NCBI RefSeq assembly: GCF_058153355.1
Contig: NZ_CM177019.1
Strand: one strand, 5' to 3'
DNA: 64,000 bases
This document shows, one piece after another, positions 33,412 through 44,289 of the stretch. The notes beneath the pieces were generated by a model. That model was not told the DNA's origin and did not search any database. It saw nothing but the letters and a program-made list of their open reading frames with translations. The position numbers were made by a program, and so were the translations under genes. Each line of letters opens with the position of its first letter. Position 1 is the first letter of the stretch.

Positions 33412-34838
33412 TGGCATTTGATGATTTACGCAGCTTCTTACAGGCGCTTGATGACCACGGCCAGTTACTGAAAATCAGCGAAGAGGTGAACGCGGAACCG
33501 GATCTGGCAGCCGCTGCCAACGCCACCGGGCGTATCGGCGACGGCGCGCCCGCGCTGTGGTTTGATAATATTCGCGGCTTTATCGATGCCCGCGTGGCGA
33601 TGAACACCATCGGCTCCTGGCAGAACCACGCGATTTCCCTCGGGCTGCCACCGAACACACCGGTTAAAAAACAGATTGATGAGTTTATCCGCCGCTGGGA
33701 TAACTTTCCCATTGCCCCGGAACGCCGCGCCAATCCTGCCTGGGCGCAGAACACCGTCGATGGTGACGAGATCAACCTGTTCGATATTCTGCCACTGTTT
33801 CGTTTAAACGATGGCGATGGCGGTTTCTATCTCGACAAAGCGTGCGTGGTTTCCCGCGATCCGCTCGATCCGGATAACTTCGGCAAGCAGAACGTCGGCA
33901 TCTATCGCATGGAAGTGAAGGGTAAGCGTAAGCTCGGCCTGCAACCGGTGCCGATGCACGATATCGCCCTGCATCTGCATAAAGCGGAAGAACGTGGTGA
34001 AGATTTGCCAATTGCCATCACGCTGGGTAACGATCCGATCATCACCCTGATGGGCGCCACCCCGCTGAAATATGATCAATCGGAGTACGAAATGGCGGGC
34101 GCGCTACGCGAAAGCCCGTACCCGATCGCCACCGCCCCGCTGACCGGTTTTGATGTGCCGTGGGGTTCAGAAGTGATCCTCGAAGGGGTTATCGAAAGCC
34201 GCAAACGTGAAATCGAAGGGCCGTTCGGTGAGTTTACCGGGCACTACTCCGGTGGGCGCAACATGACCGTAGTGCGCATCGATAAAGTCTCTTACCGCAC
34301 CAAACCGATTTTTGAATCGCTCTATCTCGGTATGCCGTGGACCGAAATCGACTACCTGATGGGGCCTGCCACCTGCGTGCCGCTTTACCAGCAGTTGAAA
34401 GCCGAGTTCCCGGAAGTGCAGGCGGTGAACGCTATGTACACCCACGGCCTGCTGGCGATTATCTCCACCAAAAAACGCTATGGCGGCTTTGCCCGCGCAG
34501 TGGGCCTGCGTGCGATGACCACGCCGCACGGTCTGGGTTATGTGAAGATGGTGATTATGGTCGATGAAGACGTTGACCCGTTCAACCTGCCGCAGGTGAT
34601 GTGGGCGCTCTCGTCGAAAGTGAACCCGGCAGGGGATCTGGTGCAGTTGCCGAATATGTCAGTACTGGAACTCGACCCTGGCTCAAGCCCGGCGGGGATC
34701 ACCGATAAGCTGATTATCGACGTCACCACGCCTGTCGCCCCGGACAACCGTGGTCACTACAGCCAGCCGGTGGTGGACTTACCGGAAACCAAAGCCTGGG
34801 CTGAAAAACTGACCGCTATGCTGGCCGCACGTAAATAA
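33411..34838 (+). CDS. UbiD-family non-oxidative aromatic acid decarboxylase (subunit C; EcdC-like)
   Basis: 475 aa ORF; assignment from recalled UbiD-family similarity. Confidence 0.85.
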   Translation: MAFDDLRSFLQALDDHGQLLKISEEVNAEPDLAAAANATGRIGDGAPALWFDNIRGFIDARVAMNTIGSWQNHAISLGLPPNTPVKKQIDEFIRRWDNFPIAPERRANPAWAQNTVDGDEINLFDILPLFRLNDGDGGFYLDKACVVSRDPLDPDNFGKQNVGIYRMEVKGKRKLGLQPVPMHDIALHLHKAEERGEDLPIAITLGNDPIITLMGATPLKYDQSEYEMAGALRESPYPIATAPLTGFDVPWGSEVILEGVIESRKREIEGPFGEFTGHYSGGRNMTVVRIDKVSYRTKPIFESLYLGMPWTEIDYLMGPATCVPLYQQLKAEFPEVQAVNAMYTHGLLAIISTKKRYGGFARAVGLRAMTTPHGLGYVKMVIMVDEDVDPFNLPQVMWALSSKVNPAGDLVQLPNMSVLELDPGSSPAGITDKLIIDVTTPVAPDNRGHYSQPVVDLPETKAWAEKLTAMLAARK

Positions 34839-34848
34839 GGAGAACAAG

Positions 34849-35085
34849 ATGATTTGTCCACGTTGTGCCGATGAAAAGATTGAAGTGATGGCGAAATCGC
34901 CGGTGAAAAATGTCTGGACGGTCTACCAGTGCCAGCATTGCCTCTATACATGGCGCGATACCGAACCGCTGCGCCGCACCAGCCGCGAACATTATCCCGA
35001 AGCGTTCCGCATGACGCAGAAAGATATTGATGACGCGCCGATGGTGCCGAGCATTCCGCCGCTGCTGGCGGCAGATAAGCGCTAA
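34849..35085 (+). CDS. small zinc-ribbon subunit of the hydroxyarylic acid decarboxylase (subunit D; EcdD-like)
   Basis: 78 aa ORF with CPRC...CQHC cysteine pairs, immediately downstream of the UbiD-like gene. Confidence 0.7.
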   Translation: MICPRCADEKIEVMAKSPVKNVWTVYQCQHCLYTWRDTEPLRRTSREHYPEAFRMTQKDIDDAPMVPSIPPLLAADKR

Positions 35086-35126
35086 TAAAAAAGGGCCGGG
35101 TAGAGGCTTTGCTTTACCCGGCCACG

Positions 35127-35783
35127 TTATTTGATTTTATAAAACGACAGCCGCCCGCTTTTCGGCGATCCGGTATCAATATAAATCTGGTTTGCGAACG
35201 TCTGGATGTTATCAAACATCATATGACCGAAGATAAAGCAGTCGGCGCCGTTTATTTCCTGTAACTCGCCTTTGAGCGATTTCAGTACGCGATCAACAGG
35301 CCAGAGCAATTCTCTCTCCGCTATTTCTTTGCCAAAGAGATATTCATTCCCCGGATAATCTGCATGCGCGATGACATATTTTATTATGTCGTTAGTGATT
35401 TCAACAATATGCGGAAGATTATGAAAACGTAGCAACAGGTCTATTGCTTCTTTTTGTTCCGTATCACTTAACTCAAAGAACCAGTCGCCACCGCTGGCAA
35501 GCCACATATTGCCATCGCCGGTCGCGAACGCATCCAATGCCATCGCTTCATGGTTGCCTTTAACCGATGTAAACCAGGGCTGGTTTAGCAGGCGCAGCAC
35601 GTTAAGACTCTCCGGCCCACGATCAATATTATCGCCGACAGAAATAAGTAAGTCGGTTTCAGGACAAAAAGATAATTGGTGCAGGCGGGATTGCAATAAT
35701 TGATAATCTCCATGAATGTCACCTACCACCCAGATATGGCGATAATGAGTGGTTTCAATTTTACGATAACGAATATCTGGCAT
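35127..35783 (-). CDS. pphB: serine/threonine protein phosphatase 2
   Basis: 218 aa from MPDIRYRKIET; GDIHGD and GNHE metallophosphatase motifs; ORF-track start 35921 is an upstream extension. Confidence 0.85.
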   Translation of the reverse strand: MPDIRYRKIETTHYRHIWVVGDIHGDYQLLQSRLHQLSFCPETDLLISVGDNIDRGPESLNVLRLLNQPWFTSVKGNHEAMALDAFATGDGNMWLASGGDWFFELSDTEQKEAIDLLLRFHNLPHIVEITNDIIKYVIAHADYPGNEYLFGKEIAERELLWPVDRVLKSLKGELQEINGADCFIFGHMMFDNIQTFANQIYIDTGSPKSGRLSFYKIK

Positions 35784-35805
35784 TGATCGCGCTCCGTAAA
35801 AAGAA

Positions 35806-36669
35806 TTATTCCGGCTTATGAAACAGAATGGTGTTAATCTCGACATCAGTGATTGCGCCAGCTGCTTCTGCTTTATGTAACCAGTATAGCGCTTTGTCTT
35901 TATCCACACCGTTCTCATCAATGCCCCAGGCGTAAATGCGGCCTAAGGATATTTGGGCATGAGGTAAATCTTGTGCGGCAGCTTTTTCAAACCAGTATTT
36001 AGCCTGTTTAATATCAGCGGGTACACCATCGCCCGTTAAAAAGAGCGTACCATAATTATACTGACCAATTTTGTCGCCTTTTTCTGCCGCAAACTTAAGA
36101 TATGTCGCAGCCTGGAGATAATTCTTTTCCTCGGCTGCGAGGAGCCCTAAATTAGCATGTGCAATGGGGTTTCCCTTTTGCGCCGCTTTAACGAGCCAGG
36201 ATTTTGCTTTATCGATATCATGGAACTTCTCTGGACCAAACTGATAGATATTGGCACAGTTTATCTGTGCCTGAAGATTTCCCTGTCTGGCTGATTTCTC
36301 ATACCAGTGAATGGCATTCTGGTAATCCGGCGGTGTGTCTTCATCTCCCTGATGATATAAAAGCCCGACATAAAATTGCGCAATGTCATCTCCCTGACTG
36401 GCTGCCAGATTAAACCAGTAAAATGCTTTATCGCGGTTTTTAACCCCCGTTACCCCTTCCTGGTAAACAATTCCCAATCCTTTTTGCGCAGATTTATCGC
36501 CGCCTTGTGCCCTTGCGATGATATTTTTCAGGTTTTCCTGTTTGTTTTTAGAATAACGTTGTTCAGCCTGGATAAGATCATCAAGCGAGGGTTCTTTGGC
36601 ACAATAACCTGTAAGAGGAAAATGCAAAATTAGTAGAGTAAATAAAATTAACTTTTTCATACATTCCAT
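35806..36669 (-). CDS. Sel1-repeat (TPR-like) secreted protein
   Basis: 287 aa ORF with signal peptide and repeated Sel1-type motifs (A..Y/W..A..G...AQ..LG..Y..G); not recalled at this position in K-12. Confidence 0.7.
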   Translation of the reverse strand: MECMKKLILFTLLILHFPLTGYCAKEPSLDDLIQAEQRYSKNKQENLKNIIARAQGGDKSAQKGLGIVYQEGVTGVKNRDKAFYWFNLAASQGDDIAQFYVGLLYHQGDEDTPPDYQNAIHWYEKSARQGNLQAQINCANIYQFGPEKFHDIDKAKSWLVKAAQKGNPIAHANLGLLAAEEKNYLQAATYLKFAAEKGDKIGQYNYGTLFLTGDGVPADIKQAKYWFEKAAAQDLPHAQISLGRIYAWGIDENGVDKDKALYWLHKAEAAGAITDVEINTILFHKPE

Positions 36670-36768
36670 GAATTAATTGTTGAGTCCTGATTTTAATTAT
36701 ACTCCATCTGTTATTGAGCCAATAATAATTAATAATCCCCGATGGGAAGGCCATCGGGAATTATGCCA

Positions 36769-39330
36769 TTACAGCAAACTCTTCAAGCGATAAATCCACT
36801 CCAGCGCCTGACGCGGAGTCAGTGAATCCGGGTCGAGATTTTCCAGTGCTTCGACCGCTGGCGAGGTTTCTTCCGGTACTGACAGCAAAGACATTTGCGT
36901 ACCATCCACTTGCGTAGCGGCGGCGTTCGGCGAAATGCTTTCCAGTTCACGCAGTTTTTGCCGTGCGCGCTTAATAACCTCTTTTGGCACGCCCGCCAGA
37001 GCAGCAACCGCCAGGCCGTAACTTTTGCTCGCCGCGCCATCCTGCACGCTATGCATAAAGGCAATGGTATCACCGTGCTCCAGCGCATCAAGATGCACGT
37101 TGGCGACGCCTTCCATTTTCTCCGGCAGTTGAGTCAGTTCAAAGTAGTGGGTAGCAAACAACGTCAACGCTTTAATCTTATTCGCCAGATTTTCAGCGCA
37201 CGCCCATGCCAGCGACAGACCATCGTAAGTGGACGTTCCGCGCCCAATCTCATCCATCAACACCAGGCTGTACTCCGTGGCGTTATGCAGAATATTAGCG
37301 GTTTCGGTCATCTCCACCATAAAGGTTGAACGCCCGGATGCCAGATCGTCAGCCGCGCCCACACGGGTAAAGATACGGTCAATCGGGCCAATCTCGACTT
37401 TTTGCGCCGGTACGTAGCTGCCGATATAGGCCATCAGCGCAATCAGTGCGGTCTGGCGCATATAGGTACTTTTACCGCCCATGTTCGGACCGGTGATGAT
37501 CAACATGCGACGCTGCGGCGACAGGTTCAGCGGGTTAGCGATAAACGGCTCATTCAGTACCTGTTCAACCACCGGATGGCGACCTTCGGTAATGCGAATG
37601 CCCGGTTTATCAATGAAGGTCGGGCAGGTGTAGTTCAGGGTATAGGCCCGTTCCGCCAGGTTTACCAGTACGTCGAGTTCTGCCAGTGCGCTCGCGCTCT
37701 GTTGCAACGCTTCCAGATGCGGCAACAACAGGTCGAACAACTCTTCATAAAGCTGTTTTTCCAGTGCCAGCGCTTTACCTTTCGAGGTGAGTACTTTGTC
37801 TTCATACTCTTTTAGCTCTGGAATAATGTAGCGTTCGGCGTTTTTCAGCGTCTGGCGACGCATATAGTTGATGGGTGCCAGATGGCTTTGTCCACGGCTA
37901 ATCTGAATGTAATAACCATGCACCGCGTTAAAGCCGACTTTCAGCGTGTCCAGGCCGGTACGTTCACGCTCGCGAACTTCCAGACGCTCCAGATAATCTG
38001 TCGCGCCGTCAGCCAGCGCTCGCCACTCATCCAGCTCTTCGTTATAGCCTGATGCGATAACACCACCGTCGCGTACCAGCACCGGCGGTGTGTCGATGAT
38101 TGCTCGCTCCAGCAGATCGCGCAGCTCTGCAAACTCGCCCATTTTCTCACGCAGCGCCTGTACCGGTGCACTAGCGACATTTTCTAACTGCGCACGCAGC
38201 TCCGGCAGTTGCTGGAAAGCGTGACGCATACGGGCCAGATCGCGTGGGCGGGCAGTCCGTAAAGCCAGACGTGCCAGAATACGTTCCAGGTCGCCGACCT
38301 GACGCAGTACCGGCTGCAGCTCAGCGGTGAAATCCTGCAATGCGCCAATAGTTTGCTGGCGCTCAAGCAACACGCGGGTATCGCGCACTGGCATATGCAG
38401 CCAGCGTTTCAGCATTCGACTCCCCATCGGCGTTACAGTGCAGTCGAGCACGGAAGCCAGCGTGTTTTCCGCACCGCCCGCCAGGTTCTGGGTAATTTCC
38501 AGGTTACGACGCGTCGCGGCATCCATAATGATGCTGTCCTGCTCACGTTCCATAGTGATAGAACGAATATGCGGCAGAGTCGTACGTTGAGTATCTTTCG
38601 CATACTGCAACAGACAACCGGCGGCACAAAGTCCGCGCGGCGCGTTCTCGACGCCAAAACCGACCAGATCGCGAGTGCCAAATTGTAGATTCAACTGCTG
38701 GCGCGCGGTGTCGATTTCAAACTCCCACAGCGGGCGACGGCGCAAGCCGCGACGACCTTCAATCAGCGACATTTCAGCAAAATCTTCTGCATACAGCAGT
38801 TCCGCCGGATTAGTGCGTTGCAGTTCTGCCGCCATCGTTTCGCGGTCAGCCGGTTCGCTCAGGCGAAAACGACCAGAACTGATATCCAGCGTCGCATAGC
38901 CGAATCCTTTGCTGTCCTGCCAGATAGCAGCCAGCAGGTTGTCCTGACGTTCCTGCAACAGCGCTTCATCGCTGATGGTGCCCGGCGTAACGATACGCAC
39001 AACTTTGCGCTCGACCGGCCCTTTGCTGGTCGCCGGATCGCCAATCTGTTCACAAATAGCAACGGACTCGCCCTGATTCACCAGTTTGGCGAGATAGTTT
39101 TCCACCGCATGGTAGGGAATCCCCGCCATCGGGATCGGCTCTCCCGCCGAAGCGCCGCGTTTGGTCAGTGAAATATCCAGCAGTTGTGACGCACGTTTTG
39201 CGTCGTCATAAAACAGTTCGTAAAAGTCACCCATCCGGTAGAACAGCAGGATCTCGGGATGCTGGGCTTTCAGCTTGAGATACTGCTGCATCATTGGCGT
39301 ATGGGCGTCAAAATTTTCTATTGCACTCAT
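36769..39330 (-). CDS. mutS: DNA mismatch repair protein MutS, apparently intact
   Basis: 853 aa ORF; [10 protein letters not shown] Walker A. Confidence 0.95.
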   Translation of the reverse strand: MSAIENFDAHTPMMQQYLKLKAQHPEILLFYRMGDFYELFYDDAKRASQLLDISLTKRGASAGEPIPMAGIPYHAVENYLAKLVNQGESVAICEQIGDPATSKGPVERKVVRIVTPGTISDEALLQERQDNLLAAIWQDSKGFGYATLDISSGRFRLSEPADRETMAAELQRTNPAELLYAEDFAEMSLIEGRRGLRRRPLWEFEIDTARQQLNLQFGTRDLVGFGVENAPRGLCAAGCLLQYAKDTQRTTLPHIRSITMEREQDSIIMDAATRRNLEITQNLAGGAENTLASVLDCTVTPMGSRMLKRWLHMPVRDTRVLLERQQTIGALQDFTAELQPVLRQVGDLERILARLALRTARPRDLARMRHAFQQLPELRAQLENVASAPVQALREKMGEFAELRDLLERAIIDTPPVLVRDGGVIASGYNEELDEWRALADGATDYLERLEVRERERTGLDTLKVGFNAVHGYYIQISRGQSHLAPINYMRRQTLKNAERYIIPELKEYEDKVLTSKGKALALEKQLYEELFDLLLPHLEALQQSASALAELDVLVNLAERAYTLNYTCPTFIDKPGIRITEGRHPVVEQVLNEPFIANPLNLSPQRRMLIITGPNMGGKSTYMRQTALIALMAYIGSYVPAQKVEIGPIDRIFTRVGAADDLASGRSTFMVEMTETANILHNATEYSLVLMDEIGRGTSTYDGLSLAWACAENLANKIKALTLFATHYFELTQLPEKMEGVANVHLDALEHGDTIAFMHSVQDGAASKSYGLAVAALAGVPKEVIKRARQKLRELESISPNAAATQVDGTQMSLLSVPEETSPAVEALENLDPDSLTPRQALEWIYRLKSLL

Positions 39331-39576
39331 GGGGTTATGTCCGGTTCCCTGATATTAAATGGGGTGTGATGGTTTTTATTTTCGTTGTAATCACATAAGG
39401 CGCACATGATACCGGAGTTAATCATTTCAGGGGAAGAAGCGAACGGCGAGTTCTTGATGGTGATTCCGGGAAAGATGCTGTTTTGCAGCTTTTGCGTGAT
39501 GCTTATGAAGCAAGTACGCAAAATTGTATCAGTTGGCGACCCCTTCTTCTTCAGAGCCATAGTCCCCTTTCAAATT

Positions 39577-39599
39577 AAGTTGTAATATAAATACATCTT
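39577..39599. promoter_or_regulatory. candidate NsrR operator upstream of ygbA
   Basis: aagttgtaatataaatacatctta resembles the NsrR inverted-repeat consensus; ygbA is a recalled NsrR regulon member. Confidence 0.45.
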
Positions 39600-39616
39600 A
39601 ATGAGGTGGAGGCAGC

Positions 39617-39970
39617 ATGTCCGGCAAGCGTATCTCTCGTGAAAAACTGACGATTAAAAAAATGATCGATCTTTATCAAGCGAAATGCCCGCAGGCGTCA
39701 GCGGAGCCGGCGCATTACGAGGCATTGTTTGCTTATGCGCAAAAACGGCTGGATAAATGTGTGTTCGGCGAAGACAAACCCGCCTGTAAGCAGTGTCCGG
39801 TGCACTGTTACCAGTCTGCAAAGCGTGAAGAGATGAAACAGATTATGCGTTGGGCCGGGCCGCGCATGCTGTGGCGTCATCCGATCCTAACCGTACGCCA
39901 TCTCATTGATGACAAGCGTCCGGTGCCGGAGTTGCCAGAAAAATATCGCCCGAAAAAACCTCGTGAATAG
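39617..39970 (+). CDS. ygbA: nitrous-oxide-stimulated-promoter family protein YgbA
   Basis: 117 aa Cys-rich ORF. Confidence 0.85.
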   Translation: MSGKRISREKLTIKKMIDLYQAKCPQASAEPAHYEALFAYAQKRLDKCVFGEDKPACKQCPVHCYQSAKREEMKQIMRWAGPRMLWRHPILTVRHLIDDKRPVPELPEKYRPKKPRE

Positions 39971-39974
39971 TATA

Positions 39975-39996
39975 CCGGACAGGCAGATCTGTCCGG
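39975..39996. terminator. hairpin between the convergent ygbA and fhlA genes (possible bidirectional terminator)
   Basis: ccggacag-gcagat-ctgtccgg, 8-bp stem; no strong T-tract. Confidence 0.35.
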
Positions 39997-40008
39997 TACC
40001 TCATGCAG

Positions 40009-42084
40009 TTAAACCAATGCCGATTTATCAATCCCCAGTCGTTTCATCCGTGATAGCAGTGTGGTGCGTTTTAGTCCCAGACGTTGCGCCGCGCCTTTCG
40101 GCCCGGCAACCACGCCGTTAGTCTCTTTTAATACACGCACAATTAGCTGATATTCATCTTCGCCCTCCTGAGCGACGACCGTTGCAGTCGGCGGCGTTTT
40201 AGGTTCCGGTAAAGCAATATCAGGCAATGACAGCTGCAGCACGTTGCCACGTGTCAGCAATACCGCGCGCTCAATGACGTTTTCCAGCTCGCGTACGTTA
40301 CCTGGCCACTCCATATTGCTCAACGCGCGCAACGTTTCGGCAGGAATGCTGTCGATATTACGCCCCAGACGGCGGGCAATTTTAAAAGTAAAGGATTTTG
40401 CCAGCAGCGGAATATCTTCCGGACGCTCGCGTAGTGGCGGCAGGTGGATCGGGAATACGTTCAGGCGGTAATAGAGATCGCTACGGAACTCGCGGTCGGC
40501 AACCATTTTTTTCAGATCGCGGTTAGTCGCGGCAATTAAACGCACGTCCGTCTGTATAATTTTATTACTGCCGAGACGTTCAAACTCCTGTTCCTGTAAT
40601 ACACGCAGCAACTTCGGTTGTAACTCCAGCGGCATATCACCCACTTCATCGAGGAACAGGGAGCTTTTATCCGCCAGTTCAAAACGACCGATACGCTGGG
40701 CGCTGGCTCCGGTAAACGCACCACGCTCATGGCCAAACAGATCGCTTTCCAACAATCCGGCAGGCATCGCCGCGCAGTTCATTTTTACCATGCGGCGATT
40801 ATTACGCCCACTGAGATTATGGATCGCGCGGGCAATCAGCTCTTTACCAGTGCCAGTTTCACCGAGGATCAGAACTGTACTGTCACTTTGTGCCACCATT
40901 TCAACTTGTTTAAGCACGCTGTACATGGCTTCACTGCGACCAATAATCTCGCCAAATTCACTATCAACATTGTTGAGCTGCTCGGTCAGGGCGAGATTTT
41001 CATCAACCAGTCGTTCTTTCAGACGATGAATTTCCTGATAGGCAAGGGCGTTATCGACAGCGATTGCCACACGTTCAGCAATCTGGCGCAGTAAATTCAG
41101 ATTGGTCGTGGTAAACACTTTCTCTTCGCATTGCGCCAGTTTCAGCACGCCCAGCATGGTGTCGCCAGACATCAGCGGTAATAGGCACAAGGTTTGAATC
41201 TGGTTGCCCCAGGTGTCGAACAACATGCGTTCGTAAGGGGCTAAATTATCTCGCTCGTGGAGATTAATCAGCAGCATCTCTTTGCTTTTAAACACGCGTT
41301 CGGTGAGGGTTCCTGCTTCATCGACTTCGCTCTGTTCGTGAGCGGGATGCTGTTTATCAAGATAGTGAGTGGAGTAGATGTTGAGTTTGTTTTTACGGTG
41401 GCTGCGTAAGACGATGCTGATATCGTCAATGTCGAAATAGTAATGGATTTCTTTGGCGACTTCGCTGACCAGTTCGTCCATATCCAGGCGAGAAAGCACC
41501 GCGTTGGTGATGGCAACCAGGATGCGGAAGTTATCGCGTTCCCGGCATAACAACTCATAGTCGACATTATTGACGACGCGGCTCTGGATTTGTTCGGTGA
41601 CGACAGAAATGATCTGCGTAAAAGTTTGCAGGCGATTGAACTCTTTTTCACTCCACGGGCGATCGTCATAACGAATAAATTCACAGCCACCAAAAATATG
41701 CCCTTCCGCCGCCAGTGGCATCAGGCAATAGTGACCAAATTTGGGGTATAGCCCACCAGCGGCCAGCTGCGGCCAGGTTTCACAAAATTCTTCGTAACTG
41801 CAATGCAGTGTATCAGGGCGCGACAAAATGCTGCGCACCGGACCGTGTGCCAGAACAGTTTCGTCTTCATAATTTATGGGGGTGTCTTTTTCACGCGACG
41901 CGTAATAAGACGCACGTTGAGTCTGCGCTTGCCACAACACAATAGCTGCATTGTCGGCGAGCGCAGAACGCTTTACCAATTGCGAAAGAGCCTCACACAG
42001 CGAGGCCAGATCGGGCTGCTGCAATAGTGTCCGAGTGATGTCGAACAACCCTTGTTGTCCGAGATCACTCATCGGTGTATATGA
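40009..42084 (-). CDS. fhlA: formate hydrogenlyase transcriptional activator FhlA (sigma-54-dependent)
   Basis: 692 aa from MSYTPMSDLGQ; AAA+ sigma-54 activator motifs (GETGTGKE, GAFTGA) and C-terminal HTH. Confidence 0.95.
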   Translation of the reverse strand, partial: SYTPMSDLGQQGLFDITRTLLQQPDLASLCEALSQLVKRSALADNAAIVLWQAQTQRASYYASREKDTPINYEDETVLAHGPVRSILSRPDTLHCSYEEFCETWPQLAAGGLYPKFGHYCLMPLAAEGHIFGGCEFIRYDDRPWSEKEFNRLQTFTQIISVVTEQIQSRVVNNVDYELLCRERDNFRILVAITNAVLSRLDMDELVSEVAKEIHYYFDIDDISIVLRSHRKNKLNIYSTHYLDKQHPAHEQSEVDEAGTLTERVFKSKEMLLINLHERDNLAPYERMLFDTWGNQIQTLCLLPLMSGDTMLGVLKLAQCEEKVFTTTNLNLLRQIAERVAIAVDNALAYQEIHRLKERLVDENLALTEQLNNVDSEFGEIIGRSEAMYSVLKQVEMVAQSDSTVLILGETGTGKELIARAIHNLSGRNNRRMVKMNCAAMPAGLLESDLFGHERGAFTGASAQRIGRFELADKSSLFLDEVGDMPLELQPKLLRVLQEQEFERLGSNKIIQTDVRLIAATNRDLKKMVADREFRSDLYYRLNVFPIHLPPLRERPEDIPLLAKSFTFKIARRLGRNIDSIPAETLRALSNMEWPGNVRELENVIERAVLLTRGNVLQLSLPDIALPEPKTPPTATVVAQEGEDEYQLIVRVLKETNGVVAGPKGAAQRLGLKRTTLLSRMKRLGIDKSALV

Positions 42085-42160
42085 CATTTTGTTCTTCCAG
42101 GAAAGCACCGCAAAGCGGTGCAAAAGGTCATTGACTAACTATAGGAGATTTAGAATTTTA

Positions 42161-43171
42161 TTAGCATATACGCGGAAGCGGTTCGGCGTGTGGTAAATCG
42201 AGGGTTCGTTTCACGCCATACAGACCGGCAAGACGAACACCTTTACGTTCCACCACTTCACCAATCAGCGCCGCGTCTTTCCCCAGTGGATGGGAATGTA
42301 ACGCCGCCAGCACTTGCTCTGCTGCGTTGCGTTCAACGGCGATCACCAGTTTGCCTTCGTTGGCAAAGTTAAGGGCGTCCAGCCCCAGCAGTTCGCAAAC
42401 GCCGCGCACGGCAGGTTTAACCGGCAGTGCCGCTTCTGAAATTTCAATACCACAACCGCAGGCTGCCGCGAACTCATGAACTACCGCGTTCACTCCACCA
42501 CGGGTGGCGTCACGCAGTGCCTTCACACCGGGAATATCACGCAGCGTCTGGATGAGCGGCGTCAGCACTGCGCAGTCGCTGACCAGTTCGCCATCCAGCC
42601 CCAGTTGCTCGCGCAGATTAAGAATAGTTGCTCCGTGGTCGCCGAGAGTTCCACTCACCAGCAGAACATCGCCTGCGGTTAGCGTCTGTGCGCCCCAGTG
42701 AATATTCGCCGGGATCGCGCCCATGCCAGCGGTGTTGATAAACAGTTTATCTGCCGCGCCGCGTTGCACCACTTTAGTGTCGCCTGTAACGATGGCAATG
42801 CCTGCCGCGCGGGCGGTTTCTGCCATGCTGGTCACCACGGCTTTTAGCGTCTCCATCGGCAATCCCTCTTCGAGGATAAAGCCACAAGAGAGATAGCGCG
42901 GAATAGCGCCACTGACCGCAACGTCATTCGCGGTGCCACAAATCGCCAGCTTGCCAATATTGCCACCAGGAAAGAACAGCGGGTCGATGACGTAGCTGTC
43001 GGTGGAGAACGCCAGACGGTCGCCTTCTGCCACCAGCTGCGCCAGCTCAAGGCGCGCCTGGTCTTCCTGTTCTGCCAGCCACGGATTGGCAAAAGCTTCC
43101 ATAAACAGGCTGTTGATTAATTGCTGCATCGCCTGGCCGCCGCTGCCGTGGGCGAGTTGGATATTATTCAC
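42161..43171 (-). CDS. hypE: hydrogenase maturation protein HypE
   Basis: 336 aa ORF. Confidence 0.9.
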   Translation of the reverse strand: MNNIQLAHGSGGQAMQQLINSLFMEAFANPWLAEQEDQARLELAQLVAEGDRLAFSTDSYVIDPLFFPGGNIGKLAICGTANDVAVSGAIPRYLSCGFILEEGLPMETLKAVVTSMAETARAAGIAIVTGDTKVVQRGAADKLFINTAGMGAIPANIHWGAQTLTAGDVLLVSGTLGDHGATILNLREQLGLDGELVSDCAVLTPLIQTLRDIPGVKALRDATRGGVNAVVHEFAAACGCGIEISEAALPVKPAVRGVCELLGLDALNFANEGKLVIAVERNAAEQVLAALHSHPLGKDAALIGEVVERKGVRLAGLYGVKRTLDLPHAEPLPRIC

Positions 43172-44289
43172 GCTTCACTCTCCTGCTGACGATACTGATA
43201 CCACGCGGCGCATGCTCCCTCGGAGGAAACCATCAGCGCGCCAAACGCGGTTTGAGGATTACAGGTGTTACCAAACAGCGGGCATTGATGCGGCTTACAT
43301 TTGCCCGTCAATACTTCGCCACAACGTGCGCGCGGGTCATCGCAAACCTGCTGCGGTGCCGGGCGGAAATGCGCTTCGGCGTCAAATCGTTGATAGTCTG
43401 GCGTCAGGTGTACACCAGAAGATTCAATCACGCCTAAGCCGCGCCATTCGCTGTCGCCGTTGACACAGAACACATCCGCAATCGCCTGTTGCGCCAGCAG
43501 GTTACCGGCATCTGGCACCACCCGCCGATACTGATTTTCTACCTTGCTGTGGGCCGCTATTTTCTGCTCCACCAGCATGACCACGCCTTGTAGTAGATCA
43601 AGCGGTTCGAATCCAGCAACCACCAGAGGACGATGAAAATCACTGGCGATAAAATTATAGGCGTCGGTGCCGATAACCATACTGACGTGGCCCGGCGCGA
43701 GGAACGCATCGATACCGTTATCCGGCTGTTCCAGCAAACTGCGTAGCGTTGGGATCAGCGTAATATGCTGGCAGAAAAAGTAAAAATTTTGCACATCGCG
43801 GGCTTTCGCCTGTTGCAGAGTGATGGCCGTCGTCGGCATGGTGGTTTCAAACCCTAAGCCGAAGAACACCACTTTACGAGTTGGATTCTCCTGCGCCAGT
43901 TTCAACGCATCCATTGGCGAGTAAACGATGCGAACATCGGCACCGCGCGCTTTTGCCTGTAACAGCGACCCTTGTTTCCCTGGTACGCGCATGGCGTCGC
44001 CAAAGGTACAGAAGATGACTTCCGGATGGCTGGCAATCTCCACGCAAGTGTCGATTCTTCCCATCGGCAGTACACATACCGGGCAACCCGGACCGTGGAT
44101 AAACTCGACGTTTTCCGGCAGCAACTGGTCGAGGCCGAATTTAAAAATGGCGTGGGTATGACCGCCGCACACTTCCATAATCCGCAGAGGGCGTTCGGCG
44201 GTGTAAGAGAGATGTGAAGCACGTTCGCGTAGATGCTCAATTAACTGCATCACCTGTTCCGGCGCGCGATATTCATCAACAAAACGCAT
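43168..44289 (-). CDS. hypD: hydrogenase maturation protein HypD
   Basis: 373 aa ORF; CGxH and CPVC motifs. Confidence 0.9.
   Translation of the reverse strand: MRFVDEYRAPEQVMQLIEHLRERASHLSYTAERPLRIMEVCGGHTHAIFKFGLDQLLPENVEFIHGPGCPVCVLPMGRIDTCVEIASHPEVIFCTFGDAMRVPGKQGSLLQAKARGADVRIVYSPMDALKLAQENPTRKVVFFGLGFETTMPTTAITLQQAKARDVQNFYFFCQHITLIPTLRSLLEQPDNGIDAFLAPGHVSMVIGTDAYNFIASDFHRPLVVAGFEPLDLLQGVVMLVEQKIAAHSKVENQYRRVVPDAGNLLAQQAIADVFCVNGDSEWRGLGVIESSGVHLTPDYQRFDAEAHFRPAPQQVCDDPRARCGEVLTGKCKPHQCPLFGNTCNPQTAFGALMVSSEGACAAWYQYRQQESEA

Noticed and set aside
36670-36768. AT-rich spacer with a short hairpin between the Sel1-repeat gene and mutS, considered as a possible small RNA
   Set aside because: Only about 100 bp between two convergently ending genes; most simply a shared terminator region with no promoter-like elements seen.
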